The position numbers and the translations under genes are program-made. From a virus (lineage: Duplodnaviria; Heunggongvirae; Uroviricota; Caudoviricetes), in the IMG/VR virus record IMGVR_UViG_2529292882_000018, positions 1 to 34,246 of that record: a stretch of 34,246 bases of DNA; one strand, 5' to 3'. The notes under the pieces were generated by a model, which was not told the DNA's origin, searched no databases, and saw only the letters and a program-made list of their open reading frames with translations. Below, in pieces: positions 1 through 8,211 of this stretch. Position 1 is the stretch's first letter; each line of letters begins with the position of its first letter.

Positions 1-96
1 AAATTAGATACTAAATACATATGTGAAGGGTGTTGAACGGGTCAACGCCTACGGGGGAGAACATCCCCCGCTTAACTTTTAAGAGGATATAAAACT

Positions 97-381
97 ATGG
101 CTACTTTTATTACCTATGCTGTCATCATTACTATTCTGGCTGTTATTTCTGCTTATAAACTCGGAACCGAACCGAAAGAACGAGGCGAATTATTCTTAGG
201 TGCGTTTGTTGCATTTGCTAGCCTTGCGTTAATTGTCGAAGGAATTTCTTATATTGTTGGCCTAGTTAGTATGACACTTTTTAACTTCCATCCAACTATT
301 GCTATGCATTTACTACTGACGGTATTCTGGGTATATTGCTTAATCGAATTTTTAACGTTTGTTTTCAAACAGACTAAATAA
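97..381 (+). CDS. small integral membrane protein, function unknown
   Basis: 94-aa ORF with ATG preceded by AAGAGGA RBS; translation shows about three hydrophobic helix-length segments; followed by two + strand terminators. Confidence 0.5.
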   Translation: MATFITYAVIITILAVISAYKLGTEPKERGELFLGAFVAFASLALIVEGISYIVGLVSMTLFNFHPTIAMHLLLTVFWVYCLIEFLTFVFKQTK

Positions 382-539
382 TATTGTAATCTGCCATTTC
401 TCCTTATGTGGTTTTAACAGGGGGCTTTCGAAAGAGAGTTCCCGATTAAAAGCCATAAAACACATTCAGTACAGTGTTTTCATAGTCAGTGACTATACAA
501 CATAAAAACATAACAAGTATAGATTGAGTATTAATCCTC

Positions 540-565
540 CCGCCCCGAAGGGGGCGGTTATTTTT
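540..565 (+). terminator. intrinsic terminator
   Basis: CCGCCCC-GAAG-GGGGCGG hairpin followed by TTATTTTT. Confidence 0.7.
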
Positions 566-642
566 CTGGCTTTACTAGATAATGTAGCATTATGTTCATT
601 ATAACCTCATCTTTGTTGTGCAACCCTAACCTAAACTACTAG

Positions 643-671
643 GGAGTCTCTTAAATGGGACTCCCTTTTTT
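643..671 (+). terminator. intrinsic terminator (possibly bidirectional)
   Basis: GGGAGTC...GACTCCC hairpin followed by TTTTTT; T-run overlaps the stop codon of the converging minus-strand gene. Confidence 0.6.
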
Positions 672-1611
672 ATTGGCAGTAAGAAAAGTTAGTACCGTAC
701 ATTTCATCATGAAGCATTGCAGCATTGCGTTTCTGTTCTTCTTCCTCATCTTCTACATCACTAGAAAAATGAGATTTGCCCTTAAAAGAACGAAGTAATT
801 GCAGTGCAGCCATCGGATCACGCATCACATCGATTTTCACTTCTACTTCATCATTTGCGGCCTCATCAGCCGCGTTTTCAACTACTGCCACCGGAGCAAC
901 TTCTTTAGCTTTCAGTTCTTCAATCTCAGCTTTCTGTGCTTCGATAATCTGGTCTTTTTCTTCCAGTGCAGCTTTCAGTTCTGCGATCTGTGCTTCCAGT
1001 GCAGCAAAGCGATCTTCAACAACCGGAGAAACAGCATTCACCTGTGCTTCCAGTTCCAGAAATGCTTCGCAAGATTCAATACGTTCTTTCTCTTCACCTT
1101 CATAAGCAACCAGTTCTACAACTTCTTTTTCGGTAGCGTGGCTGTTAAAGAATACAGCAAAGTAAGGATTGCCGGATTTAGTGAAGTTCAGTTTAGCTTT
1201 TCCGGTAACTTCTTTACGACGACCGAAGGTGATCTGGCAATCAGAGGTATCCTGAAAATCCATGTTAGGAGCGGAAACGATAGCAGTATCACCAGCAATA
1301 ACCAGGTGGAACAGTTCAGAAGAGTTCTTAACGGTAAAAGTAACGATGTGGTCTACTGCAACGTCTTTAGCAGGTTTAACGCGGTCGATTGCTTTACGAA
1401 TGCCGTTAGGCAGTTTACCGTCAACACCAAAGCCAGCCGCGATCAGTGCTTCACGATGTGCTTTAAAGCCAGCGAAAGCGGATTTCTGCTGTGCAAAGGA
1501 AACATGAGCAACAACTTTCGGCTGAATCTTCTTGTTTGCTTCGGTGCCAAATTTGATAACTGCTTTAGCGTTGGTTACTTCGTTAGTGAAAAAGTTAGCG
1601 GAAAATAACAT
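670..1611 (-). CDS. hypothetical protein with central coiled-coil and acidic C-terminal tail
   Basis: 313-aa ORF, ATG with GGAG RBS; heptad-like EAQ/ELK-rich central segment, DVEDEEEE acidic tail; no family recognised by eye. Confidence 0.55.
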   Translation of the reverse strand: MLFSANFFTNEVTNAKAVIKFGTEANKKIQPKVVAHVSFAQQKSAFAGFKAHREALIAAGFGVDGKLPNGIRKAIDRVKPAKDVAVDHIVTFTVKNSSELFHLVIAGDTAIVSAPNMDFQDTSDCQITFGRRKEVTGKAKLNFTKSGNPYFAVFFNSHATEKEVVELVAYEGEEKERIESCEAFLELEAQVNAVSPVVEDRFAALEAQIAELKAALEEKDQIIEAQKAEIEELKAKEVAPVAVVENAADEAANDEVEVKIDVMRDPMAALQLLRSFKGKSHFSSDVEDEEEEQKRNAAMLHDEMYGTNFSYCQ

Positions 1612-1654
1612 TATAAATACTCCGTGGAAAGTTAGTTTTAATTGTTCATTTCAA

Positions 1655-1692
1655 GCCTCCTTTGCTGCAACAAGGGAGGCTTTTTCTTTTTT
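1655..1692 (+). terminator. intrinsic terminator oriented for + strand
   Basis: GCCTCC...GGAGGC hairpin followed by TTTTTCTTTTTT; sits between two minus-strand genes. Confidence 0.55.
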
Positions 1693-1724
1693 AAAGCCAT
1701 CATATAATTCTCAGTGAAAGGTTA

Positions 1725-1907
1725 TTACCACACCTCTGCGGTAATCTTTACTTTAATGTCATACTTCTTTAAGAGTTTGTGGAAGGTTGATTGATCAATA
1801 CCTTCACCTTTAAACCATTCACCCATCACTACATCAGGTGTCAGTTCAAAATAACGCTTTGCCATTTCTAAAACGATTTCACGAGTGAACTTAACAGGTC
1901 GTGCCAT
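1725..1907 (-). CDS. small putative HTH DNA-binding protein
   Basis: 60-aa ORF with AGGAGG RBS; shares RP..F ... GI..STF..LKKYDIK pattern with the protein at 5281-5514 (paralogs). Confidence 0.5.
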   Translation of the reverse strand: MARPVKFTREIVLEMAKRYFELTPDVVMGEWFKGEGIDQSTFHKLLKKYDIKVKITAEVW

Positions 1908-2426
1908 CTTAAATCCTCCTAAATCTGGATTAATGATTTCTTAAAAAAGAGCGTTAACCGCTCACTATTATTTATATGGGGATTGTATTTTATTTTTCAA
2001 CCCCTCACATTTATCTCTTATATATGTATTTATAACAGAGATATGTTAAAATGTTATTCAGATGTTATCAGACGTGTTAAATGTGTTAAACCGCAGCACG
2101 AATTGCTAAAGAGAAGAACACGAATTAACCAAATTGATGTTTATTCAATCAATTTAGAAAATTGCATAGCACTTTTTGCTAAAGCGGTGAGCATTAATTG
2201 AGCTATGAATTGTAAAGATTTGTTACAAGATTTTCTCTCAGATCCAAATCTTCACAAACATATAACAATTTAACACGATGATAACAATAGGAAGGAAAAT
2301 CGGTAAATTTTCACTTTCAATACAAATATTATACCACATTTTTTCTCGAATTGTCAAGTATAGCACCAAACCTACATAGTGTCAAGAAAGGACTTTCAAA
2401 CCTACACTAGCCCTACACTATGAAAA

Positions 2427-2612
2427 TTGCCCCTGAATTTTGCCCCTGAACCAAAATCCCCTAGATTTCACTATCCCATTTTTGCCCCTGAAACCTACTA
2501 TTTTTGCCCCTGAAATTCTGGGAAACAGTGATTTTGCCCCTCATTTTTGCCCCTGAAATGCCAATAATTGCCCCTGAAAATCTAATTTTTGCCCCTGAAA
2601 TTTGCCCCCGAA
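2427..2612. repeat. array of nine direct 11-bp repeats TTGCCCCTGAA (seven exact, two one-base variants)
   Basis: Copies start at 2427, 2440, 2482, 2504, 2534(variant), 2547, 2568, 2589, 2602(variant); spacing 13-42 bp; inverted variant copy at 2655-2665; same 11-mer forms the left arm of the terminator at 5125. Confidence 0.85.
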
Positions 2613-2813
2613 AAGGATTGGTAAGAAAAACTCTTTATAAAACATTGACTTAGTGAGGGGCAAAAACGGGGAATCGGGCGTGCATAGATATTATATGACA
2701 CATTCGCTACGCTCATGTGTAAAACCAAAAACAACAAATAACCAAAAAGATATTAGGAGGGCGTAGCCCGACTGCGCGAAGCGCTAACCAATTACTTCTA
2801 GTAACACTAATTT

Positions 2814-3036
2814 AAACTAGATGATACTAGATGGTCTTAGAAGGAATTAACTAGTTTGCTCGCTCGCTTCGCTCACTCTCAAACGTCTGCGACGCCACTG
2901 CGTGGCATCGAGAATCACTTCTGAAAGGATTTTCTTGAAAGGGATTTTAAACTAGTTACTAACTGATTCTAGAAAGATAGTAATAATCACTTTGAAGATA
3001 ATAGTAGTTAACTGGTTACTAGATGATTCTAGATCA
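2814..3036. repeat. three copies of a ~20-27 bp CTAG-rich element (core ACTAG-TGAT-CTAGA)
   Basis: Copies at about 2814-2844, 2949-2976 and 3009-3036; eight CTAG tetranucleotides within roughly 250 bp of non-coding DNA. Confidence 0.55.
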
Positions 3037-3293
3037 CTTTAATGATCATGAAAGGTATTGGTATCCCTTCGGGATTGCAACCTTCGGTTGCTAAATTGCT
3101 TCCTAATTATTATTTCTCCAAAAGAAAGATTCTTATATTCTAAAGATACTTCTTCGTTTTGATGATGATTTAATCAAAATCTATGAAGGAGGCGAAGCCG
3201 ACTGAATACCAATTCCTTTCAAATTAGACAAAAATTTCTCGTTATAAATAATAGTGAACTTACTTTGATTCACTTTTTTAGAGGATTTCCACT

Positions 3294-3746
3294 ATGATCA
3301 ATACTAAAACTCCTTTCATTCTTCTGGGTCTGAACCATGATGATAATCTGGCTATGATGCATGTTTTCGCTAATCGTGGTTATAACATCATTCGTCATTC
3401 CGAAGACTCCAATTTCTCAACTGCTTTCTATGCTCTTAAACGTAATGGTCGCCCTACGGTGATCGTAGACTGCTTTACTGATGAAGGTCGTGAACAATAC
3501 AACAACATTCCGGCAATTATTGTTCGTGATGACCTGCCGTTTGATGTTCGTGAATATGACGTTGATTTAGGCTCTTACTATGGGATCGCCGATCTTGACC
3601 AGATTATGGCTGATTACGGTAAACAACCCGCTCAGGAAGCCCCAGAACACGATGAACAAGACGAAGATGACGACGACTACACACCAATCTGTTTCTCTTC
3701 TCACGGTGGCTTCTACGGTTACGATGAAGGCTTAGATATGCTGTAA
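3294..3746 (+). CDS. acidic hypothetical protein
   Basis: 150-aa ORF; strongly acidic with C-terminal EHDEQDEDDDDY run; leader shares a 22-bp element with the gene at 30200. Confidence 0.6.
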   Translation: MINTKTPFILLGLNHDDNLAMMHVFANRGYNIIRHSEDSNFSTAFYALKRNGRPTVIVDCFTDEGREQYNNIPAIIVRDDLPFDVREYDVDLGSYYGIADLDQIMADYGKQPAQEAPEHDEQDEDDDDYTPICFSSHGGFYGYDEGLDML

Positions 3747-3781
3747 TTTAGGTCAACCCTTTGGCGTCTTGTCAAGGGGTA

Positions 3782-3810
3782 TTGACAAAAATTTCTGACT
3801 TTTTTATGAT
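3782..3810 (+). promoter_or_regulatory. sigma70-like promoter with overlapping inverted repeat
   Basis: TTGACA (3782-3787), 17-bp spacer, TATGAT (3805-3810); inverted repeat TTGTCAA-6bp-TTGACAA at 3769-3788; further TTGACA/TTGACC boxes downstream. Confidence 0.45.
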
Positions 3811-3866
3811 TATCGCACTTGACAACTTTGAACCTATTTGACCTAGATTTGTAAAGAGGATGTAAC

Positions 3867-4199
3867 ATGAAAGAATTTACCATCACTAAATCCCTGTATG
3901 ACTGGACTGTTAAAATCTCCGGCAAAACCGTTTCTGTAACCCCTAGCCATGTAGAAAATGATTGGGGCGTATCCCGTGAAACTATCTCCCGTAGTATGCA
4001 TGTTCCGTTTGATCTGATGACCTTAACTGGTATTCATGCAATGCTGGAAGTTCGCGAACAATTCGAAGCTGGTAATCACAATGCGACTCCAGTTAGCAAT
4101 CACCTTCTTACTAATGAAGAACGTGAAATCATCGAAAACTGGCGTTATGAATATGCGATTCCTTATTATGAAGAAGATCAGGTAGAAATCGATTGGTAA
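3867..4199 (+). CDS. hypothetical protein
   Basis: 110-aa ORF with AAGAGGA RBS, downstream of the predicted promoter. Confidence 0.6.
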   Translation: MKEFTITKSLYDWTVKISGKTVSVTPSHVENDWGVSRETISRSMHVPFDLMTLTGIHAMLEVREQFEAGNHNATPVSNHLLTNEEREIIENWRYEYAIPYYEEDQVEIDW

Positions 4200-4288
4200 T
4201 AAATTTCTATTATAAATAAAATTGTTCCGGCGGTGATGCCGGAACTAGGAGGACCAAATCATTAAACCGTTTAAGGGGAATTAATACT

Positions 4289-5116
4289 ATGAATACTGTT
4301 ACCGTTATGAATACTGCTAAAACTGCTTCCGTGTCTCTGGTTGTTGATAACACCAAACCGCTGACCATGTCTTCTCGTCAGATCGCTGAATTTACCGGAA
4401 AAGAACATAAGCATGTTAAACGTGATATTAAAACTATGCTTACTTCTCTTGAATTAGATGAGTCCAAATTTGGACGCATCTTTTTTGACCAATATGGACG
4501 TGAACAAACCGAATATCACCTTGACGAAGAACTTACGCTGACTCTTGTTACTGGTTACGATGTTAAGCGTCGAATGGTTGTTATTCAGGAATGGAAGCGA
4601 CTGAAAGAAGAAAATGAAAAACTGCGTTCTCAGCAAATCAACCCTTACGCAAACATGACTAAGCTCGACTGGATTCGTGAGGCAATGGAATTGGAAGCCG
4701 CAAACGAACAACTGATTCAAGAAAAGAAACAACTGGTTGAATTGCATGTTCGTAAAGCTATCGACACACACAGTCTTAGCCGCTTATTAGGCGAAAAACG
4801 AGGCTCTACGACGGTACAAATGATTCTGAAAGGTTTATGTGCTGCTGGTGTTCTTGAGCGTCGTCTGGATGCTTCTGGTAAGCCTAAAGGCTATGATCTG
4901 CTTCCTCCTGGCTATATGTTCGCTCGTATGTCGGCACACGGTCAGATCGAGTTCACTGCTGATGCTATCCCGCATCTCGTAAAACTCGGATTGCTTGAAG
5001 AAGAAAAGGCCGCAACTTTGAAATTGCCACAGCCGAACAACTCACGAGCAATCATTAATAACACTGCTTTGCTGATTCGTCAGAATGCTGGCTCTCTGGA
5101 AGTCTTCGGACTGTAA
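4289..5116 (+). CDS. Rha-family phage regulatory protein (antirepressor-like)
   Basis: 275-aa ORF; N-terminal segment MSSRQIAEFTGKEHKHVKRDIKTML matches the Rha N-terminal signature as I recall it; central coiled-coil. Confidence 0.65.
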   Translation: MNTVTVMNTAKTASVSLVVDNTKPLTMSSRQIAEFTGKEHKHVKRDIKTMLTSLELDESKFGRIFFDQYGREQTEYHLDEELTLTLVTGYDVKRRMVVIQEWKRLKEENEKLRSQQINPYANMTKLDWIREAMELEAANEQLIQEKKQLVELHVRKAIDTHSLSRLLGEKRGSTTVQMILKGLCAAGVLERRLDASGKPKGYDLLPPGYMFARMSAHGQIEFTADAIPHLVKLGLLEEEKAATLKLPQPNNSRAIINNTALLIRQNAGSLEVFGL

Positions 5117-5124
5117 TAATTTTT

Positions 5125-5149
5125 GCCCCTGAATTTCAGGGGCTTTTTT
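5125..5149 (+). terminator. intrinsic terminator
   Basis: GCCCCTGAA / TTCAGGGGC inverted repeat followed by TTTTTT directly after the Rha-like gene. Confidence 0.8.
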
Positions 5150-5241
5150 GTATCTGTAGATGCGCTCAGAGTTGAGTACATCCCCTCAATTTTGAGGGCA
5201 TCTATAGATCTCACCAAAACTGGCGAGATTGTTTTACATAC

Positions 5242-5265
5242 AAAAAAGCCACTCCGAAGAGTGGC
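5242..5265 (-). terminator. intrinsic terminator for the minus-strand cassette
   Basis: GCCACTC-CGAA-GAGTGGC hairpin preceded on + strand by AAAAAA (U-run on minus transcript). Confidence 0.65.
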
Positions 5266-5280
5266 AAAGAGAATCAAAAC

Positions 5281-5514
5281 TCAAAAACCTGTTGCTTCTA
5301 CGATCTGACCATCACCGATCTGAACATAGAATTTAATGTCTAACTTCTTCATATTCTTATAGAATTGGGCGATTGAGATCCCATGTTCACTAAGAATCTG
5401 TTCTTTCGCTTCCTTACCACGATCCGCTGTATAGTAAGCGTAGGCAATATCAGCCATCTGTTCAGCGTTAAAACGGGCAGGACGACCGCGAGTAGCTTTA
5501 GTAGTCATAGTCAT
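5281..5514 (-). CDS. small putative HTH DNA-binding protein (paralog of 1725-1907)
   Basis: Track ORF 5281-5541 begins at GTG; an ATG at 5514 with GGAGA RBS gives MTMTTKATRGRPARF...; C-terminal FYKNMKKLDIKF motif shared with the 60-aa protein. Confidence 0.5.
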   Translation of the reverse strand: MTMTTKATRGRPARFNAEQMADIAYAYYTADRGKEAKEQILSEHGISIAQFYKNMKKLDIKFYVQIGDGQIVEATGF

Positions 5515-5543
5515 TTTCTCCAAATTAAAGTGAATGTTCACCT

Positions 5544-6146
5544 TTATTTAGAGGACTTACATTTTATCGGAAAAAGTTCTCCATCGTCAATACTCATAAA
5601 GAACTCTGCCTTAATCCCGTACTTCTTCAACCGTGAATAGTATGTACCCCGACTTATATCAACCTTGCGAAGCACTTCAAAGAACCCTTTAGGATCGTTG
5701 TAATAGTGGCTATAACGCACGTTAGCGAGTTCAACGAATAGTTCCCTTGTATCACCATAGCCTTTCTTGAAAGCCTCGTTACGATAGCGTGTAATTGCGT
5801 GATTCAATCTCTTCTGTTTCAACACTTCTCGGATCGGCTTCCACTGCAACCGATAGATAGGACCGTCATCCACTCGATAATAACGCTTGATATCAAAATC
5901 AAACCAATCTCGGACTCTCCGAAACTCTGTATGTGATGTTCTATGCTTCTTAAAGAAGTTGTGAACGTCTGTATAACCATTATCGCGGTAAAACTCTATT
6001 AAAATCTCTTTCGCTTCCTCACGACTAAAGCCAGATGTTGTGTAGTCGGTTTTTAAATGCTTATGCTTAACTGGTAAACGATATTCATGATCGGTACAAG
6101 ACAAGGCTAATTCTAATTCATCTCTTTGTTGCTGATTAATTAGCAT
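5544..6146 (-). CDS. hypothetical basic protein with C-terminal HTH-like motif
   Basis: 200-aa ORF with AAGGGGGG RBS; C-terminal [16 protein letters not shown] resembles the HTH of the two small paralogs; arginine/lysine rich. Confidence 0.5.
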   Translation of the reverse strand: MLINQQQRDELELALSCTDHEYRLPVKHKHLKTDYTTSGFSREEAKEILIEFYRDNGYTDVHNFFKKHRTSHTEFRRVRDWFDFDIKRYYRVDDGPIYRLQWKPIREVLKQKRLNHAITRYRNEAFKKGYGDTRELFVELANVRYSHYYNDPKGFFEVLRKVDISRGTYYSRLKKYGIKAEFFMSIDDGELFPIKCKSSK

Positions 6147-6234
6147 ACAACCCCCCTTAAATCTTAATACCCGTATTTATCAAAAAATCAACAATTTAAT
6201 AAATACCTTCATATTTCGTAATGAGGGTAATTAC

Positions 6235-8139
6235 ATGAAACTGATTTCTAATAAGGCCAAATTAAAAAAGATTCTCAGAAATGCAGCCAAATATATTACG
6301 CCACCGCCTAAACTCCTTCCTTCGGAATGGTGCGAAGCGAATATGGTGCTGGTAGATGGTCCTCAAGCTGGGGATAAAGTTAAATTGCTGTCATTTCAGA
6401 AAGGCATGATTGATGCTCCTTTCCTTGAGAACAAGAAAAAGTATGTTCTGATGACCAGTGCGCAGATCGGAAAGACTACCATCTTGAACGGCATCCTGTT
6501 TAACCAGATGGCTAACGATCCATGCAATATGATTATCGGACAATCAACCGCTAAAGAAATGTCTCAATATCTCGCTGGTAAGATCCGACCGTCTATCGAA
6601 GCATGTGATGCATTAAAAGACGTGGTTACAGACAAGAATGATCGCAATGCGGTTAACAACAATAACCAGCTACAGCTAAAAACGAATCACTTCCTTTACA
6701 TGGTATCGCTTACCAGTCCATCAACCCTACGCGGTAAGACCGCAAAGGTTGGATTACTTGACGAAATCGATGCTGCTACAGCCTCAGAAGAAGGTGATCC
6801 GGTGGCACTGGCTGCTAACCGTTTAACTACCTTTGGCGATGAAGGTCGATTAGTCGTATCCAGTACCCCGACCAGTAAGCTGGGAAGCATTAACCAGCAA
6901 TGGTTATCAAGTGATATGCGTATGTTTTTTGTTCCGTGTCCTCATTGCGGGGAACACCAGGTGATCGAGTGGGAAAACGTTCAATTTGAATGGCGTAACA
7001 TCGATGGTAAGAACTTACCCGATCCTGATACCGCTCGTTATATTTGCCCCCACTGTAAGAACGCATGGACCGAAGGGGAACGAATCAGGGCAGTAGCGCA
7101 AGGCGAGTGGAGAGCAACCCGTGAAAGTGAAGTAGCAGGATTCTGGATTAGCCGTCTGTATTCACCTTTCAGTAGTATCCGCGCTTGTGTGGTTGATTTT
7201 AGTCATGCGTGGCAATCCTTTGATTTACAATCATTTTATAACACCGTGTTAGGTAAGGTATACGACGATCAGGACACGGCAGTAGAAGCAAATGAACTGG
7301 AACAACTCAAAACAGATGTTTCTATCGAGAATATCCCTGATGACGTGATTTTCTTATGTGCGGGTACTGACCAGCAATTAGATCGCGCAGAAACTACCAT
7401 CTTAGGTGTAGCGAAAGATAAGGTTTACATTCTGGATCACCGCAGCTTTTACGATCATAACTGTGAACGATATGAATCCCCTGTATGGGATAGATTAATC
7501 AACTTCCATAAAACCAAATTTACTACTGTATCGGGTGATCGTGTTCCTATGCTCGCCAGCTTCCTTGATACATCGAACGGTCGATTCACTCAAGCTGGAT
7601 ACCGTATTTGCGGCAAGTGGAAGAACTTACACGCTATCAAAGGTAGTTCTGCTGGTAACGCTCCGATCATTCCGGTTAAACCTACCCGCACAGGTGGTCA
7701 TGAATTGCTTATGTTGGGTGTTAACGTGGGTAAAACTGCATTTCGTGAAATGTTGGCTAGGAACCTGAAAGATAATCCTCATATTGCCTTAGAAATATCA
7801 GACACCGTTCCTGATGATTATCTCGATCAGCTTTTAAGTGAATCTGTTAAGCGTACTACTACTGGCGTGAGATGGGTAAAAAATCCAGGCGTTAGGAACG
7901 AGGCGCTCGACTGTGCCGTGTATGCTACAGCGGCTTCTCGCTACGTCCTTTCAAAAATGTCATGGGATAAACTCATCGCAATGAAAGACAGCTTAAACCG
8001 TGTTGTCGAAGAACCCGTAAAAGCTCCTAAATCGCAATCTAACGAGCAAACCGAAGAAACTAAGCCAATCACACGACCACAACGTAAAAACATCGCCAGA
8101 CGTCCAAATAGAGGCCGTAGTTGGGTAACATCGTTCTAA
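6235..8139 (+). CDS. terL: terminase large subunit, lambda GpA type
   Basis: 634-aa ORF; Walker A-like SAQIGKT; blocks [35 protein letters not shown] and [13 protein letters not shown] match lambda gpA blocks as I recall them. Confidence 0.9.
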   Translation: MKLISNKAKLKKILRNAAKYITPPPKLLPSEWCEANMVLVDGPQAGDKVKLLSFQKGMIDAPFLENKKKYVLMTSAQIGKTTILNGILFNQMANDPCNMIIGQSTAKEMSQYLAGKIRPSIEACDALKDVVTDKNDRNAVNNNNQLQLKTNHFLYMVSLTSPSTLRGKTAKVGLLDEIDAATASEEGDPVALAANRLTTFGDEGRLVVSSTPTSKLGSINQQWLSSDMRMFFVPCPHCGEHQVIEWENVQFEWRNIDGKNLPDPDTARYICPHCKNAWTEGERIRAVAQGEWRATRESEVAGFWISRLYSPFSSIRACVVDFSHAWQSFDLQSFYNTVLGKVYDDQDTAVEANELEQLKTDVSIENIPDDVIFLCAGTDQQLDRAETTILGVAKDKVYILDHRSFYDHNCERYESPVWDRLINFHKTKFTTVSGDRVPMLASFLDTSNGRFTQAGYRICGKWKNLHAIKGSSAGNAPIIPVKPTRTGGHELLMLGVNVGKTAFREMLARNLKDNPHIALEISDTVPDDYLDQLLSESVKRTTTGVRWVKNPGVRNEALDCAVYATAASRYVLSKMSWDKLIAMKDSLNRVVEEPVKAPKSQSNEQTEETKPITRPQRKNIARRPNRGRSWVTSF

Positions 8140-8211
8140 TAACTCGCCGTCCTTCGGGGCGGCTTACTCCTAAATATTGTTAATCCAATAACAATTAAAT
8201 AAGGGGTAATT

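Noticed and set aside
776-1608. Plus-strand ORFs 776-1105, 799-1608 and 1262-1507 overlapping the minus-strand 313-aa gene
   Set aside because: Translations are low-complexity (Ser/Phe/Cys-rich) antisense artefacts of the coiled-coil gene and lack RBSs.
1612-1619. Additional TATAAATA octamers (1612, 4213) as T4-late-type promoters
   Set aside because: The octamer alone is expected by chance in AT-rich DNA; only the two copies with the extended 22-bp match were reported.
1983-2201. 72-aa ORF in the AT-rich non-coding region
   Set aside because: No RBS, AT-rich composition and implausible translation; region is better explained as regulatory DNA.
2427-2612. Repeat array considered as a CRISPR array
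   Set aside because: Repeats are only 11 bp with irregular 2-31-bp gaps and no cas genes nearby.
5080-5308. ORFs 5080-5277 (-) and 5123-5308 (+)
   Set aside because: They span two terminators and the nested hairpin region; no RBS; most likely non-coding.
8140-8165. Hairpin GCCGTCC-TTCG-GGGCGGC after the terminase gene as a terminator
   Set aside because: No U-run follows and the next gene is tightly linked; more likely an mRNA structural element.
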